Shown here one piece after another: positions 20,668 to 31,714 of a stretch of 64,000 bases of DNA (the stretch's first letter is position 1; each line of letters opens with the position of its first letter). Source of the stretch: Pseudomonadota bacterium (GTDB taxonomy: Bacteria > Desulfobacterota > Binatia > Binatales > Binataceae); the NCBI GenBank assembly GCA_021325355.1, contig JAJPHI010000014.1, positions 1,129 to 65,128 on the forward strand. The letters run 5' to 3'. The notes under the pieces were generated by a model. That model searched no databases. It saw nothing but the letters and a program-made list of their open reading frames with translations, and was not told where the DNA came from. A program made the position numbers and the translations under genes.

Positions 20668-22339
20668 AATCGGTGACGGCGCCGAGGCTGCTGCTCGAGA
20701 CCTGCGCCGCGTACTTGGCCAGCACACCGCGCGTGTAACGCGGTTTGGGCGGCGTCCAGGCGGCGCGACGGCGGGCGATCTCATCGTCGGGCAGATTGAG
20801 CTGCAGGATGCGCCGGTCGGCATCGATGGTGATCGAATCGCCCTCGTGGACGAGGGCTATCAGGCCGCCGACCTGCGCTTCCGGCGCAACGTGGCCCACC
20901 ACCAGGCCATAGGTGCCACCGGAGAAGCGGCCGTCGGTGATAAGGCCGACTGAATCGCCGAGGCCGGCACCGATGATGGCCGAGGTCGGCGAGAGCATCT
21001 CGCGCATTCCGGGCCCGCCTTTGGGACCCTCGTAGCGGATCACGACGATATCGCCTTTTTTAATCCTGCCGGCGAGGATGGCTTCGAGCGAATCCTCTTC
21101 ACGTTCAAAGACGCGGGCCGGTCCGGTTATCGAGCGATGCGCGATACCGGTAATTTTGGCGACGCAGCCCTCGGGTGAGAGGTTGCCCTTGAGGATCGCC
21201 AGATGGCCCTGGGGATAGAGCGGGTTGTCCCAGGGTCGAATCACGTCCTGGTTCTTCGGGGGCGCGTCGGGAACTTCGCGAAGGGTTTCGGCGATGGTCT
21301 TGCCGGTCATGGTCATGACGTCGCCATGAATCAGCCCGTGATTGAGGAGCATCTTCATGACCTGCGGGATGCCGCCGACGCGATGGAGATCGGTGGCGAC
21401 GTAGCGGCCGGAGGGCTTGAGATCGCAGAGCACGGGCACGCGCTGGCGAATCTCTTCGAAATCATCGATGACCAGCGGCACTTCGGCCGCATGAGCGATC
21501 GCGAGCAGATGGAGGACGGCGTTAGTCGAGCCGCCGACCGCCATCACGACCGCGATGGCATTTTCGAAGGCCTTGCGGGTCATCACCTCGCGCGGCAGGC
21601 GGCGGTTGCGAATCGCTTCGACGACGGCGGCGGCCGTCTCGGCGGCGCTGACTCCTTTTTCGTCATCCTCGGCAGCCATGGTCGAAGAATACGGGAGGCT
21701 CATGCCCATGGCTTCGATGGCTGAGGACATGGTGTTCGCGGTGTACATCCCGCCGCACGAACCGGCGCCGGGGCAGGCGCGGCGTTCGACTTCGAGCAGC
21801 TCTTTTTCGTCAATCTTGTGAGCGCTGTACTGGCCGACCGCTTCGAAGGCGCTGACGATGGTCAGGTCGCGACCATTGTAATGGCCGGGTTTGATGGTAC
21901 CGCCGTAGACGAACATCGCCGGGATATTCATCCGCGCGATGGCGATCATCGCCCCGGGCATATTTTTGTCGCAGCCGCCGATGACCACCGCGCCGTCCAT
22001 GGCCTGGGCGTTGCAGGCGGTTTCGATCGAATCGGCAATGACCTCGCGCGAGACCAGCGAGTATTTCATTCCCTCGGTGCCCATCGAGATGCCGTCGCTG
22101 ACGGTGATGGTGCCGAACAGTTGCGGCATCGCGCCGGCGCGGCGAATCGCGGTTTCGGCCCGGCGCGCCAGGAGATCGAGGCCGACGTTGCAGGGTGTGA
22201 TGGTGCTGTAGGCGTTGGCGATGCCGACGATGGGTTTGGAGAAATCGTCGTCGCCGAAGCCGACTGCGCGCAGCATCGCACGGTTCGGCGAGCGCTGTAC
22301 GCCCTGAGTCACAACACTGCTGCGAAGATTTTCGGCCAT
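20666..22339 (-). CDS. ilvD: Dihydroxy-acid dehydratase
   Basis: [13 protein letters not shown]...[22 protein letters not shown]...GGCDKNMPG...SGGTYG. The track ORF 20666..23302 carries a spurious 321-aa N-terminal extension. Confidence 0.9.
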   Translation of the reverse strand: MAENLRSSVVTQGVQRSPNRAMLRAVGFGDDDFSKPIVGIANAYSTITPCNVGLDLLARRAETAIRRAGAMPQLFGTITVSDGISMGTEGMKYSLVSREVIADSIETACNAQAMDGAVVIGGCDKNMPGAMIAIARMNIPAMFVYGGTIKPGHYNGRDLTIVSAFEAVGQYSAHKIDEKELLEVERRACPGAGSCGGMYTANTMSSAIEAMGMSLPYSSTMAAEDDEKGVSAAETAAAVVEAIRNRRLPREVMTRKAFENAIAVVMAVGGSTNAVLHLLAIAHAAEVPLVIDDFEEIRQRVPVLCDLKPSGRYVATDLHRVGGIPQVMKMLLNHGLIHGDVMTMTGKTIAETLREVPDAPPKNQDVIRPWDNPLYPQGHLAILKGNLSPEGCVAKITGIAHRSITGPARVFEREEDSLEAILAGRIKKGDIVVIRYEGPKGGPGMREMLSPTSAIIGAGLGDSVGLITDGRFSGGTYGLVVGHVAPEAQVGGLIALVHEGDSITIDADRRILQLNLPDDEIARRRAAWTPPKPRYTRGVLAKYAAQVSSSSLGAVTD

Positions 22340-22558
22340 CGAAGTCGGCTCCCACGGATGCGGCCAGCGGCCGCTGAGTCTTTTTGAAACGGTCTGAATT
22401 GCACCACAGGGCGGCGGGCGCGTGCAAGCCGCCTTGCCCGGGCGGCGGGAATTAAATGTTCGATCACCGGCCCGGCGCACGTGATTCCACATCAACTGGT
22501 AGAGTCGCGAGAAAACCGAAACGGTCGCCGATGCGGGCTTAGTCGGCAGGGGTGGCAC

Positions 22559-23983
22559 ATGAGACGTGGCGTTTGGACGGCAGTTGCGCCGCCGGCAGTG
22601 CTGGCGGCGATGATCGGCGCGGCGGGCGGGCGAGCTCAGGACCGCGGACTGCAGGAGCGGATCCTGAGGCCGGTCGGGGCGCCGGGTCAGGTGCTGAAGC
22701 TCGAGCCGCCGGTCGCTCGCGCCGTCAGGCCGGAGGTGGGCGAGGAGCATGTCGAGCTGATCAACGCGCTTCCCGGGATGCATATTGAGCGGACGGTCTC
22801 GTTCACTCGGTTCATCGACGAGGTCGAGCAGTCGAACCTGGCGCTCGCGGCGCAGCGCTTCAACGTCCCGATCGCTCGCGCCGAGATGGCCGCGGCGCGG
22901 GTCTATCCCGATCCGATAGTCCAGGCCGGCGGCGCGGGCGATGTTTCTACGGAAGATCAGCCGGAAACCTATACCGCCGCGGTCAGTCAGGAAATCGTGA
23001 TCGGGGGCAAAATCGGCGCGCGAGTCGCCGCGGCGCGCGCCGGGGTTACCGCGAGCGACGCCGGTCTCGCCGACTACTGGCGCAATCTGCGGGCGAACGC
23101 GGCCGACGATTTTATCGACGGGGTGACGCAGATTCTGATCATTCAGCGGAAGATCATCGCCCTGCAGCGGGCCGAGCAACTGGTCGCGCTCAATGCGCAG
23201 AATCTGGCGGTGCGGCGGGCCTCGGAAGACAACCTGCTGCGCGCCAGGGTCGGAGAGCTGGAGGCGCGCAGCGACCTGCTGCAGACCGAAGCGGCGCTGC
23301 ATCAGACGCTGGCCGGACTGAGCATTCTAATCGGCCGGCGCGCGGCGAACGGTCTGGTCATGCCGATTGGCGAGCTGGCGCGGACGCCGCGGCATTTCGC
23401 GCTCGAAGAACTGATCGCGCGCGCGGTCGCGTCACGAAGCGACGTGGCGGCGGCGCGCGCCGCGGTCGCAGCCGCCGGAGCGCAGTACCGGCTCGCGCTG
23501 GCCAATCGCCTTCCCGATCCCACCGTCAGCGGCGAGTACCAGCATACGACGGCGACCACGAATTCACTCGACCCGGCGCCGCGCTGGGACTCGCTCGGCG
23601 TACAGCTTCAAATCGCGATTCCGCTGTCCGACTTCAACCGCGGCGCGCGCGAGGCGGCGTACTACACCGAGCTGCAATCCGAGCGGCAACTGCAGGCCGT
23701 CGAGCTTGAGGCAGAGAACGAGGTGCGCAGCGCCTATCAGACCTACCTGCTGGCCGCGGCGACGACGAGCCAGTTCGGCGACGAACTACTGGATGATGCG
23801 AACGCGGTTTACAAGGAGCGGCTGTTCAAGCTGGAGAAGAATCTGGTCGGCCTGACCGACGTCCTCGACGCTCATCAGGCTCTGAATCAGCTTTACCTCG
23901 ACTACTATGAAGCGCTCAACGCGCAGGCCAAAGCCCTGGTGGCGCTGGAGCAGGCCGCCGGCATCTGGGATTTAAGCTTCTAG
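22559..23983 (+). CDS. TolC-family outer membrane efflux protein
   Basis: A signal peptide ([27 protein letters not shown]) is followed by two tandem TolC repeats ([37 protein letters not shown]...). The start was placed at the ATG at 22559. Confidence 0.75.
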   Translation: MRRGVWTAVAPPAVLAAMIGAAGGRAQDRGLQERILRPVGAPGQVLKLEPPVARAVRPEVGEEHVELINALPGMHIERTVSFTRFIDEVEQSNLALAAQRFNVPIARAEMAAARVYPDPIVQAGGAGDVSTEDQPETYTAAVSQEIVIGGKIGARVAAARAGVTASDAGLADYWRNLRANAADDFIDGVTQILIIQRKIIALQRAEQLVALNAQNLAVRRASEDNLLRARVGELEARSDLLQTEAALHQTLAGLSILIGRRAANGLVMPIGELARTPRHFALEELIARAVASRSDVAAARAAVAAAGAQYRLALANRLPDPTVSGEYQHTTATTNSLDPAPRWDSLGVQLQIAIPLSDFNRGAREAAYYTELQSERQLQAVELEAENEVRSAYQTYLLAAATTSQFGDELLDDANAVYKERLFKLEKNLVGLTDVLDAHQALNQLYLDYYEALNAQAKALVALEQAAGIWDLSF

Positions 23984-24035
23984 GGCCGTCGCGGCGGCCG
24001 CGACGCAGTAGCATTCGCTGCGGCTCGTCGGACGC

Positions 24036-26126
24036 TCACCAGCGGACGACCTGTTCGTACACCTTGGGCAGTTGGCGCGGCAGCGACGTGATGTCCTCGA
24101 TAACGAGGTAGCGCGAGGGCGCGCACATCTGCCGCAGATAATCGTGTCCGGTCTTGTCCACGGTGATACAGAACGGCAGGACGCCCGCCATTTCGAGCTC
24201 TTTCAACGCAACCATCGTGTCCTGAATGCCGTAGGCGTTCGAGCGGCGGTCGTGGCCGTAGTCGAAGTCCTGCGGAAAGCCGTCGCTCAACAGGATCACG
24301 TGCTTGGCGCGGGAGGTGACATCCTTGAATTTTTCCCGCACGTGACGGATCGCCGTGCCCATCCGGGTCGAGCGCTTGGGTTCGACGGCACCGACGCGCG
24401 CCTTGACTTCGTCGGTCAGCTCCTGGTCGAACTCCTTGATGACGTAGAATTCGACGTTATCACGACCATGTCCTGAGAAGCCCATGATGGCGTAGGAATC
24501 GCCGAGTTCTTCGAGCGCCTGCGCCATGATGACGAGGGCTTCCTTGTTGACATCGATAATCCGACGCGGGCGCTGCGGCTGATCGGGATTGCGCTGCCAG
24601 GCCTTCGACCAGTCGTCCTGGTCGGGGGCATCCTGACTGTAACGCGGCGGATCGCGATGGATCGGCTCGTCGGTCGAGGCGGACATATCGAGCAGGAAGA
24701 GGGTGGCGACGTCGCGGGCTTCCTTCTTGCGCGCCTTGTAGACGCGGCCGTCGGGAATTTCGCCCATCCGGCGCATCACGCGCGATTCGATCATCCGTTC
24801 GAAGTCGAGCTCGTCGCCGTCTTCGAGGCCGCGCACCATCTTGAACGACGCGGGGCGGATGCGCTGAAAGTTACGGCGCACCTGCGGCAGCATCTCGGCA
24901 TACTGGAGCAGGGTGCGCTCAAAAAAATCGCCGCCGTCGCCCTCGACGATCATCTCGCGCAGGCGGCACCAGTTGCGGCGGTAATCCGCCGCGACGTAGT
25001 CCCATTCGTCGTAGGCGTAGTAGGAGTCCTGGGAGCGGCTGCGGCCGATCATGAGGCGGCCGCCGCCGGGCATCGTGCCGATTTCGCCGAGCTGCTCGCG
25101 CAGTTGTTCGAGCTCCTGCGCTTCCTTGTTGTGCAACTGGGTGAGGTACATCCCCTCGCCCTCGGCGGGGCCGGGGCTCTCGGCGGGTTTGAGCTGCGCG
25201 CCGGCCTCGATCAACTTGCGGATCTCTTCGGGCGTCAGCGGTCGACTGCCCTTGCCCTTGAGCGTCCGTCCGGAGGCATCGAGCTGATTGAACTGGTCCG
25301 TCTCGCCGCCGGCGTCGCCGAGGCTGTCATCACCGGCCATGCCGTCATCGCCGCTTTCGGCGCCGCGCAGGGTGCTGAGCAGGTCGTCGCGCAGATCGCC
25401 GGGATTTTCGCCGAGACCTTCGGCGTCGCCCCTTTCGGCCGCCGCGGCGAATAGCTTCTGCAACCAGGTGTACATCGCGGCGGTGGCGCGGGCGCTGTCG
25501 GCGACGGTCGCCCCGGGCTGGCGGAGCGGCGCGAAATGCTCGGCGGCAGCGCGGATGAAGGCGTTGGATTGGCCGGTTTCGATGCCGTAACCCAGCGATG
25601 CCCGCACCAGCATCGTGCTGAGCGCGAAGGGTTTGAGATTCTCGATGAGGGCGGCGTTCAGCCGCTGCAGCCGCGGCGTCAGGCCGAGGTAGCGGCGGCT
25701 CAGTTCGGCATCGACGCGGGCGGACTCGCAGAGACGCATCAGCGCGCCCGCTAATCCGGGATCGTCGAAGGAGGAGACGTAGCTGTCGATGGCCTCGACG
25801 CCGCGCTCGGCACGTTCCTCGAAGCCGCTCATCTGCGCCAGTTCGAAATCAAAGGTTCCGAACTCGTGCCGGCCCGCCAGATGGCTCGCGGTGAGGACGT
25901 AGTAGTCGCGCGCGGCCTGCTCGCTGCCGAGGCCGGCGATCATATCGGGCAGGTAAATCATCTCGCCGGGCATCAGCGGATAGTGAAACGGCAGCACGGC
26001 GCCGGTGTTGGGTAGCGAGTCGATGCGGAACTCGACCGGAAAGAGCATCCGCATGAACTTGGTCAACATCCCTTTCACCTGGTAAAGGGCGTGGCTGTCG
26101 GCTGGTTCGTTCGGCATTGTCGTCAT
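24036..26126 (-). CDS. NorD/CbbO/CoxE-like protein with a C-terminal von Willebrand factor A domain
   Basis: The C-terminal vWA domain carries MIDAS residues (LFLLDMSASTDE...T...ILLSDGFPQDFDYG). The long N-terminal region has an acidic low-complexity stretch. Confidence 0.65.
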   Translation of the reverse strand: MTTMPNEPADSHALYQVKGMLTKFMRMLFPVEFRIDSLPNTGAVLPFHYPLMPGEMIYLPDMIAGLGSEQAARDYYVLTASHLAGRHEFGTFDFELAQMSGFEERAERGVEAIDSYVSSFDDPGLAGALMRLCESARVDAELSRRYLGLTPRLQRLNAALIENLKPFALSTMLVRASLGYGIETGQSNAFIRAAAEHFAPLRQPGATVADSARATAAMYTWLQKLFAAAAERGDAEGLGENPGDLRDDLLSTLRGAESGDDGMAGDDSLGDAGGETDQFNQLDASGRTLKGKGSRPLTPEEIRKLIEAGAQLKPAESPGPAEGEGMYLTQLHNKEAQELEQLREQLGEIGTMPGGGRLMIGRSRSQDSYYAYDEWDYVAADYRRNWCRLREMIVEGDGGDFFERTLLQYAEMLPQVRRNFQRIRPASFKMVRGLEDGDELDFERMIESRVMRRMGEIPDGRVYKARKKEARDVATLFLLDMSASTDEPIHRDPPRYSQDAPDQDDWSKAWQRNPDQPQRPRRIIDVNKEALVIMAQALEELGDSYAIMGFSGHGRDNVEFYVIKEFDQELTDEVKARVGAVEPKRSTRMGTAIRHVREKFKDVTSRAKHVILLSDGFPQDFDYGHDRRSNAYGIQDTMVALKELEMAGVLPFCITVDKTGHDYLRQMCAPSRYLVIEDITSLPRQLPKVYEQVVRW

Positions 26127-26268
26127 TGTGGCAAATCAGGCTCGGCCGATGCAATTTTGGCGCGTCAGGCGGATTATTCCCCTCCGGTGCGCACTTGCGA
26201 GGTCTGATCGCAAGGCGGGTTGCCGCTTGACTGCATGCGCGGCCGCTAATTAAGTGGTTGGGCTTTCC

Positions 26269-27681
26269 ATGAGAATCACATTTTTAGCCCGAGTCCTGGG
26301 TCTCAGTCTGCTGGTCGGCGGCCTCCTGATCACTGCCGGAGGGTCAGCGCAGGCGGCGATAAGCGATCAGGTCCGGTACGCGAAGCTGGATAACGGTCTG
26401 CAGCTCATCGTGCTGGAAAATCACAAGGCGCCGGTGGCGACGCTCAACATCTTTTACAAGGTGGGGTCGCGCAATGAACAGTTCGGGCAGACCGGGATCT
26501 CGCACTTGTGCGAGCACCTGATGTTCCGCGGGACCAAGAAGTACGGCCCCGAGGAATTTTCGAAGATCGTGGCGGAGAACGGCGGCGAGGATAACGCCTT
26601 CACGTCGGAGGACTACACCGTCTATTTCGAAATCATCAACCGCGACCATCTGGACGTGCCGATTTCGCTCGAGGCCGACCGGATGGAAAATTTTGCGCCG
26701 CAAGGTTTCGATTCCGAAAAGGCGGTGGTGATGGAGGAGCGGCGCCTGCGCACCGAGGACAATCCGGAAGATGCGCTGGCGGAGATGGTGGCGGCGGCGG
26801 CTTACGTCGCGCATCCGTACCATTGGCCGGTGATCGGCTGGATGCACGATATTCAGGAGCTGACGCTGGAGGACGCGCTCAAATATCATGCGATCCACTA
26901 CTCGCCGCGCTATGCGATTGTAGTGGCGGTCGGTGATTTCGACGGCAACAAGATTCTGACCGCGCTGCGCGACGCGTTCGGCTCGATCAAAAACGGTCCG
27001 GAGGCGATGCCGGTGACCGAGGTTGAACCGCCGCAGGAGGGTGAGCGACGGGTCGTCCTGCGTCATCCGGCGAACCTGCCGGCGTTCGCGTTAGCCTACC
27101 ATGTGCCCAACTATCTGACGGCCAAAGATGCGTTTGCGCTGGAGATCGCCGGCGAGATCCTCGGCGACGGCAAAAGCTCGCGGCTCTACCAGGACCTGGT
27201 CGTCAACAAGCAGTTGACGATCGACCAGGCGGTTGAGTACGACCTGACGGCTTTCGATCCGACGCTCTTCTGGATCTCGGGGCAGATGCGGCCGGGGGTC
27301 AAGACCGACGATGCGATCGCCGAAGTCGATCGCGAGCTGGCGGCGCTGCAGGCTCATCCGCCGTCGCCCGCGGAATTGCAGAAGGCCAAGAACCTCGAGC
27401 AGGCGGAGTTCGTGTTCAGCCAGGACTCCATTTTCCAGGAGGCGCAGGAGTTGGGGCTGTACCAGATGCTCGGCAGTTACCGGATGGTTGATCAATACCT
27501 CGGCCAGATCGACAAGGTCAGCGCCGCTGACGTACAACGGGTGGCGAAACAATACCTGGTCGCCGCCAATCGCACGGTCGGCGTGCTGGTGCCGACGGGC
27601 CTGCTGGTTCACGAGGCGGGCGGCGGTATCGGCGGTCCGATCCGTCATCTGGAGAAAGCCGAGGCGAAGATCCTGCCATGA
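26269..27681 (+). CDS. M16 (pitrilysin) family zinc peptidase, the catalytic subunit
   Basis: It has a signal peptide. The inverted zincin motif HxxEH is present as GISHLCEHLMFRGT, and a second zinc-ligand Glu lies downstream. Confidence 0.8.
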   Translation: MRITFLARVLGLSLLVGGLLITAGGSAQAAISDQVRYAKLDNGLQLIVLENHKAPVATLNIFYKVGSRNEQFGQTGISHLCEHLMFRGTKKYGPEEFSKIVAENGGEDNAFTSEDYTVYFEIINRDHLDVPISLEADRMENFAPQGFDSEKAVVMEERRLRTEDNPEDALAEMVAAAAYVAHPYHWPVIGWMHDIQELTLEDALKYHAIHYSPRYAIVVAVGDFDGNKILTALRDAFGSIKNGPEAMPVTEVEPPQEGERRVVLRHPANLPAFALAYHVPNYLTAKDAFALEIAGEILGDGKSSRLYQDLVVNKQLTIDQAVEYDLTAFDPTLFWISGQMRPGVKTDDAIAEVDRELAALQAHPPSPAELQKAKNLEQAEFVFSQDSIFQEAQELGLYQMLGSYRMVDQYLGQIDKVSAADVQRVAKQYLVAANRTVGVLVPTGLLVHEAGGGIGGPIRHLEKAEAKILP

Positions 27682-29045
27682 AGCGAGTGGCCTTGACGTG
27701 GGCGCTGGCGCTCACGTTCGTGATGGCGAGCGCGGTGAGGTGGGCGGACGCGCTCGAGATCAAGCGCAGCACGCTCAGCAACGGCGCCGTGCTGCTGGTC
27801 TCCGAGCAGCATCAGCTACCGATGGTGACGATGGCGATCGCGTTTGACGCGGGGGCGCGGCGCGACCCGCCGGATAAGGCGGGTCTCGCCGCGCTGACCG
27901 CATCGGCGCTCGAGCAGGGCACGCGCGCGATGGCGGCGGCGGACTTCGACCGCGCGGTCGATTTCATGGGCAGTTCAGTCGGCGTCAGCGCTGACCATGA
28001 CAATGCGGTCGCCGAGATGACCTCGTTGACCAAATACGAGCCGCAGACCCTGCATCTGTTGGCGCAGATGCTGACGCAGCCCGGCCTGCGCGACGCCGAT
28101 ATCGTGCGCAAGCGCGGCGATCAACTGGCCGGGCTCAAGGCGGCGGACGAACAGCCGGAGTATGTTGCCCAGGTCGCGTTCATCAAACAACTGTTCGGTG
28201 ACACGCCCTACGGCCATCCGATCGCGGGCTTTCCGCAATCCGTCGCGCGGCTTTCGCCGGACGATGTCCGCCGCTTTTATCGCGATCATTACCGGATCGG
28301 CAGCGCCATCATCGCGGTGACCGGCGATGTGCAGGCCGCGGCGATCAAGCAGCAGCTCGAACGCGAGCTGGTTGGTCTCGACGGTACCGTACCGCCGCAG
28401 GCCGCGCCGCCGGCCCCCGCAGTTGCCCCCGGCATCCATCTGACCGTGATTGATCGGGCGATCGCGCAGGCCAATTTGATCATCGGTTCCGGCGGGGTCG
28501 CCCGTTCCGATCCCGACTATTACAAGCTGCAGGTGATGAACTACATCCTGGGCGGCGGCGGTTTTTCCTCGCGTCTGATGAAAGTCGTGCGCAGCAAGGG
28601 CGGGCTCGCCTATTCGGTGGACAGCGGCTTTGAGGCCGGCAAGTTTCCCGGGGCCTTCCTGGTGGTGCTGCAGACCAAGAACGCGAGCGCCAACGAAGCG
28701 CTCAAGCTAGTGATCGAACAACTGCGCGAGATCCGCGACGCGCCGGTATCGTCGGCCGAGCTCGAGGCGGCGAAGAAGTATCTCATCGGATCGTTTCCGC
28801 TGAAGCTCGATCGGCAGAGCCAGATCGCCTCGTTCATGCTGGAGACGGAACTTTTCGGCCTCGGTCTCGACTATGCCGACCGCTATCCGGCACTGATCAA
28901 CGCGGTCAGCGTGAACGACGTCCAAGCGATGGCGCGCAAGTATATCCATCCGGACGCGATCGACATTATCGCCGTTGCCGATCAGTCAGAGGCGAGGGTA
29001 GCGGTGGCGAGCTTCGCCGCGACCGCGACCGCCGCCAATCATTAA
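27678..29045 (+). CDS. M16 family peptidase-like protein, a non-catalytic partner subunit
   Basis: M16 fold and signal peptide, but no HxxEH motif. It shows a 4-nt overlap with the upstream M16 gene. Confidence 0.7.
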   Translation: MKRVALTWALALTFVMASAVRWADALEIKRSTLSNGAVLLVSEQHQLPMVTMAIAFDAGARRDPPDKAGLAALTASALEQGTRAMAAADFDRAVDFMGSSVGVSADHDNAVAEMTSLTKYEPQTLHLLAQMLTQPGLRDADIVRKRGDQLAGLKAADEQPEYVAQVAFIKQLFGDTPYGHPIAGFPQSVARLSPDDVRRFYRDHYRIGSAIIAVTGDVQAAAIKQQLERELVGLDGTVPPQAAPPAPAVAPGIHLTVIDRAIAQANLIIGSGGVARSDPDYYKLQVMNYILGGGGFSSRLMKVVRSKGGLAYSVDSGFEAGKFPGAFLVVLQTKNASANEALKLVIEQLREIRDAPVSSAELEAAKKYLIGSFPLKLDRQSQIASFMLETELFGLGLDYADRYPALINAVSVNDVQAMARKYIHPDAIDIIAVADQSEARVAVASFAATATAANH

Positions 29046-29180
29046 GCTCTGACGCTGCGCGTTGCGGCCGAGCCTCATCGCGAGGCATTTGCGCGACTGC
29101 CGCGCCTGCAGCGCGCATTCATTGATTGTCATCCGGCAGCTAAAGAAGCTTTCTGAAGCGTTTGGAGGACTCGCCGAGGC

Positions 29181-29197
29181 TGGCACGTTTTCCGCTC
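29181..29197 (+). promoter_or_regulatory. Sigma-54-like promoter TGGCACG-N4-CCGCT, with GG and GC 12 nt apart
   Basis: It matches TGGCAC-N5-TTGCW at the invariant GG/GC positions. Two hairpins follow within about 110 nt and no CDS lies downstream on this strand. Confidence 0.25.
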
Positions 29198-29269
29198 ATT
29201 CATCGGCTTCGGTGCACGCCTAAGCGGACCGAAAGGGGGAAGCGGTTGGGCGAGGCGTGCACACGGAAA

Positions 29270-29299
29270 GGCCGCGAGCCTAAAGGGGGGCTCGCGGCC
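29270..29299 (-). terminator. Hairpin GGCCGCGAGCC-N8-GGCTCGCGGCC (11-bp perfect stem), a probable terminator for the Ddn-like gene and possibly bidirectional
   Basis: It sits 30 nt downstream of the minus-strand gene's stop. On the minus transcript the stem is followed by UUUCCGUGU. Confidence 0.4.
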
Positions 29300-29328
29300 T
29301 TCGCTCTCGGCAAAAGTTGGTTGGGCGC

Positions 29329-29787
29329 TCAGTCGAGGCGTTCGAGGACGAAGACCGGAATCTGCCGCGCGGTCTTTTTCGCGTAATCATTGAAGATAGG
29401 CATCGCCGCCGCATGCTGTTTGAACAGACGCTCGCGTTCCGCTCCGGTGGTCGGCGTTGCTCGCGCGCGGAATTTTTCGGTGCCAATCTCGACCGTGCAA
29501 AGCGGATTCTTGATGAGATTGTGGTACCACGGCGGATTGTGCGGACCTCCCGCGTACGAGGCCACGATGACGCAGCGGTTACCGTCGCGCGAGTAGACCA
29601 GGGGACGCGTGATCTGGCGGCCGCTTTTGGCGCCGGTGCAGGTGATCAGGATGACCGGCATGCCCTCCATCATGCCTCCGACCTTGCCACCATTGGCGCG
29701 AAATTCAGCGATCACTTTCTCGTTGTACTCGGCCATCGCCTGGCGGTTGGCCGCGATACGTGAGCTTTCTTCGGCGGTGGGTGCCAT
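29329..29787 (-). CDS. Deazaflavin (F420)-dependent nitroreductase-family / PNPOx-like oxidoreductase (Ddn/DUF385-like)
   Basis: NGGKVGGMMEGMPVILITCTGAKSGRQITRPLVYSRDGNRCVIVASYAGGPHNPPWYHNL is characteristic of the family. The ribosome-binding site is AGGAGGA. Confidence 0.6.
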   Translation of the reverse strand: MAPTAEESSRIAANRQAMAEYNEKVIAEFRANGGKVGGMMEGMPVILITCTGAKSGRQITRPLVYSRDGNRCVIVASYAGGPHNPPWYHNLIKNPLCTVEIGTEKFRARATPTTGAERERLFKQHAAAMPIFNDYAKKTARQIPVFVLERLD

Positions 29788-29964
29788 TGAATCCTCCTGC
29801 GGAGTCAGAGTCGGCTACTTTTATCGCGCGTTGCGCATGATCGGCGCAAGGCGGCGCTCGGCGCGGGCAACGGATGGCGAGCATAAGGCGAGGGTCAGCG
29901 CGCAATGCGATGCGCGCGGCCGCTCGCGATTAAGCGTCCCGAAGCGGGCGCGGTCGGAGTCGGA

Positions 29965-30774
29965 TTAACTGAATTCGCCGCGAATATAGCGCTGTGTCTC
30001 CGCCTGCTGCGGATCGTCGAAGATCTGGGCGGTCGGCGCGTACTCAACCATGTAGCCGGTGCGTCCGCCTTGCGAGGTATCGACATAGAGAAAGGCGGTC
30101 ATGTCCGCAACGCGCCGCGCCTGCTGCAGATTGTGCGTGACGATCGCGATGGTAAAACGCTTCTTCAGTTCATGCATCAGTTCTTCGATCCGATGCGTGG
30201 CGATGGGATCGAGCGCCGAGCAGGGTTCATCCATCAGGAGCACGGCCGGTTCGGTGGCGATCGCGCGGGCGATGCAGAGCCGCTGCTGCTGTCCACCCGA
30301 TAGGGAAAGTCCGCTGGCGCGCAGCTTGTCCTTCACTTCTTCCCACAGGGCCGCTTCGCGCAGGGCTTTTTCGACCTTCTGCGGGATCGACCCCTTGTAG
30401 CGATTCAGGCGGAGACCGAACGCGACATTGTCGTAGATGCTCATGGCGAACGGGTTGGGCTGCTGAAAGACCATCCCGATATGGCGGCGGACCGCGACCG
30501 GATCGATCCGGCTCGCGTAGATATCCTGGCCGCGAAAGAACACGTGGCCCTTGAAGCGAAAACCGCGCACCAGATCATTCATGCGGTTAAGACAGCGCAG
30601 GGCGGTGCTTTTGCCGCATCCCGAGGGGCCGATAAAAGCCGTAATCGTGTTGCGCCTGACCCTCAAGGCGACGTCGCGCAGCGCCTTGAAGACGCCGTAG
30701 TGGAGTTCCTTGATTTCGCAGTCGATCACGGTGTCGGCGACCGCGCCGTTGCCGGTCGCAGGCAAAGCAGCCAT
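29965..30774 (-). CDS. pstB: Phosphate ABC transporter ATP-binding protein
   Basis: GPSGCGKST Walker A, an LSGGQQQR signature and PstB-like length. It is the last gene of pstSCAB. Confidence 0.9.
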   Translation of the reverse strand: MAALPATGNGAVADTVIDCEIKELHYGVFKALRDVALRVRRNTITAFIGPSGCGKSTALRCLNRMNDLVRGFRFKGHVFFRGQDIYASRIDPVAVRRHIGMVFQQPNPFAMSIYDNVAFGLRLNRYKGSIPQKVEKALREAALWEEVKDKLRASGLSLSGGQQQRLCIARAIATEPAVLLMDEPCSALDPIATHRIEELMHELKKRFTIAIVTHNLQQARRVADMTAFLYVDTSQGGRTGYMVEYAPTAQIFDDPQQAETQRYIRGEFS

Positions 30775-30784
30775 AAGATTCTCC

Positions 30785-31714
30785 TTAGCGATGATAATGT
30801 GCGGCCAATCTCTGTCCCGCGATATTTACCAGCAGAACTATAACCACGAGGACCAGCGCCGCGGTCCACGCCATCGCGATCTGATTATCGAACGGGGAAC
30901 CCGAAAAATTATAAATCAGCACTGCCAGTGACGCCGTCGGCTTCATCAGGTCGCCGATGGTTTTGGGCAGGAACTCGGGCGACGTGCGACTCATCCAGTA
31001 ATCACTGAAGAGTGAGGTGAAGAGGAGCGGCGCGGTTTCGCCGGCGGCGCGCGCGATTGCGAGCATGATGCCGGTGAGGATACCCGGCAGAGCGGTCGGC
31101 AGCAGTACCTTGCGGACGACCTGGGTCGGTGTCGCGCCCATCCCGATCGCGGCCTCGCGCATCCGCGACGGCACCCGCAGGATCGCATCTTCGGCCGTCA
31201 ACAGGATGGTCGGAATCATCAAGAGAGCGAGGGCGACGCCGCCGGCAGGCGCGGAAAAGCCGCCGGTGACCATCACCACTATGGCAAAGGCAAACACGCC
31301 GGCGAGGATCGAAGGCAATCCGGTGAGGACCTTGGCGGCGAAACGCACGGCCTGCGTGATGCGCGATTCGGGCGCGAACTCCGCGGTATAGACCGCGGCC
31401 AGGATGCCTATCGGGACGCTTATCAGAGTCGCAATGAAGACGATTAGAATGGTGCCCGCAATCGCGTTGCCGATACCGCCGCCGGGCATCATCGCCGCCG
31501 GTGGCAATTCGGTGAAGGTTGCCTTGCCGAGCGTTTGCGCGCCCCGTCGGATGAGCAAAAACAGCACCGACAACAGCGGGAACATCGCGGCAAGCGTCGC
31601 CGCGCCGGTCAACAGACTCATGAAGTAGCTGAAGATTTCCCGCGGATGACGCAGCGAGCGTTCAAGCTGCGGCAGATCCACCTCGAGCGGAACTTCGGAA
31701 GCCATCGCCGCCAT
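30785..31714 (-). CDS. pstA: Phosphate ABC transporter permease PstA
   Basis: Six-TM permease with an EAA-like loop, located between pstC and pstB. Confidence 0.85.
   Translation of the reverse strand: MAAMASEVPLEVDLPQLERSLRHPREIFSYFMSLLTGAATLAAMFPLLSVLFLLIRRGAQTLGKATFTELPPAAMMPGGGIGNAIAGTILIVFIATLISVPIGILAAVYTAEFAPESRITQAVRFAAKVLTGLPSILAGVFAFAIVVMVTGGFSAPAGGVALALLMIPTILLTAEDAILRVPSRMREAAIGMGATPTQVVRKVLLPTALPGILTGIMLAIARAAGETAPLLFTSLFSDYWMSRTSPEFLPKTIGDLMKPTASLAVLIYNFSGSPFDNQIAMAWTAALVLVVIVLLVNIAGQRLAAHYHR

Noticed and set aside
20666-23302. An 878-aa minus-strand ORF
   Set aside because: Only the C-terminal 557 aa (from MAENLRSS at 22339) are IlvD. The N-terminal 321 aa are a GC-driven open frame with no homology, and they overlap the divergent TolC gene.
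29895-29915. Hairpin GCGCGCA-N6-TGCGCGC after pstB as a terminator
   Set aside because: No U-rich tail on the pstB strand. It is probably incidental GC-rich self-complementarity.
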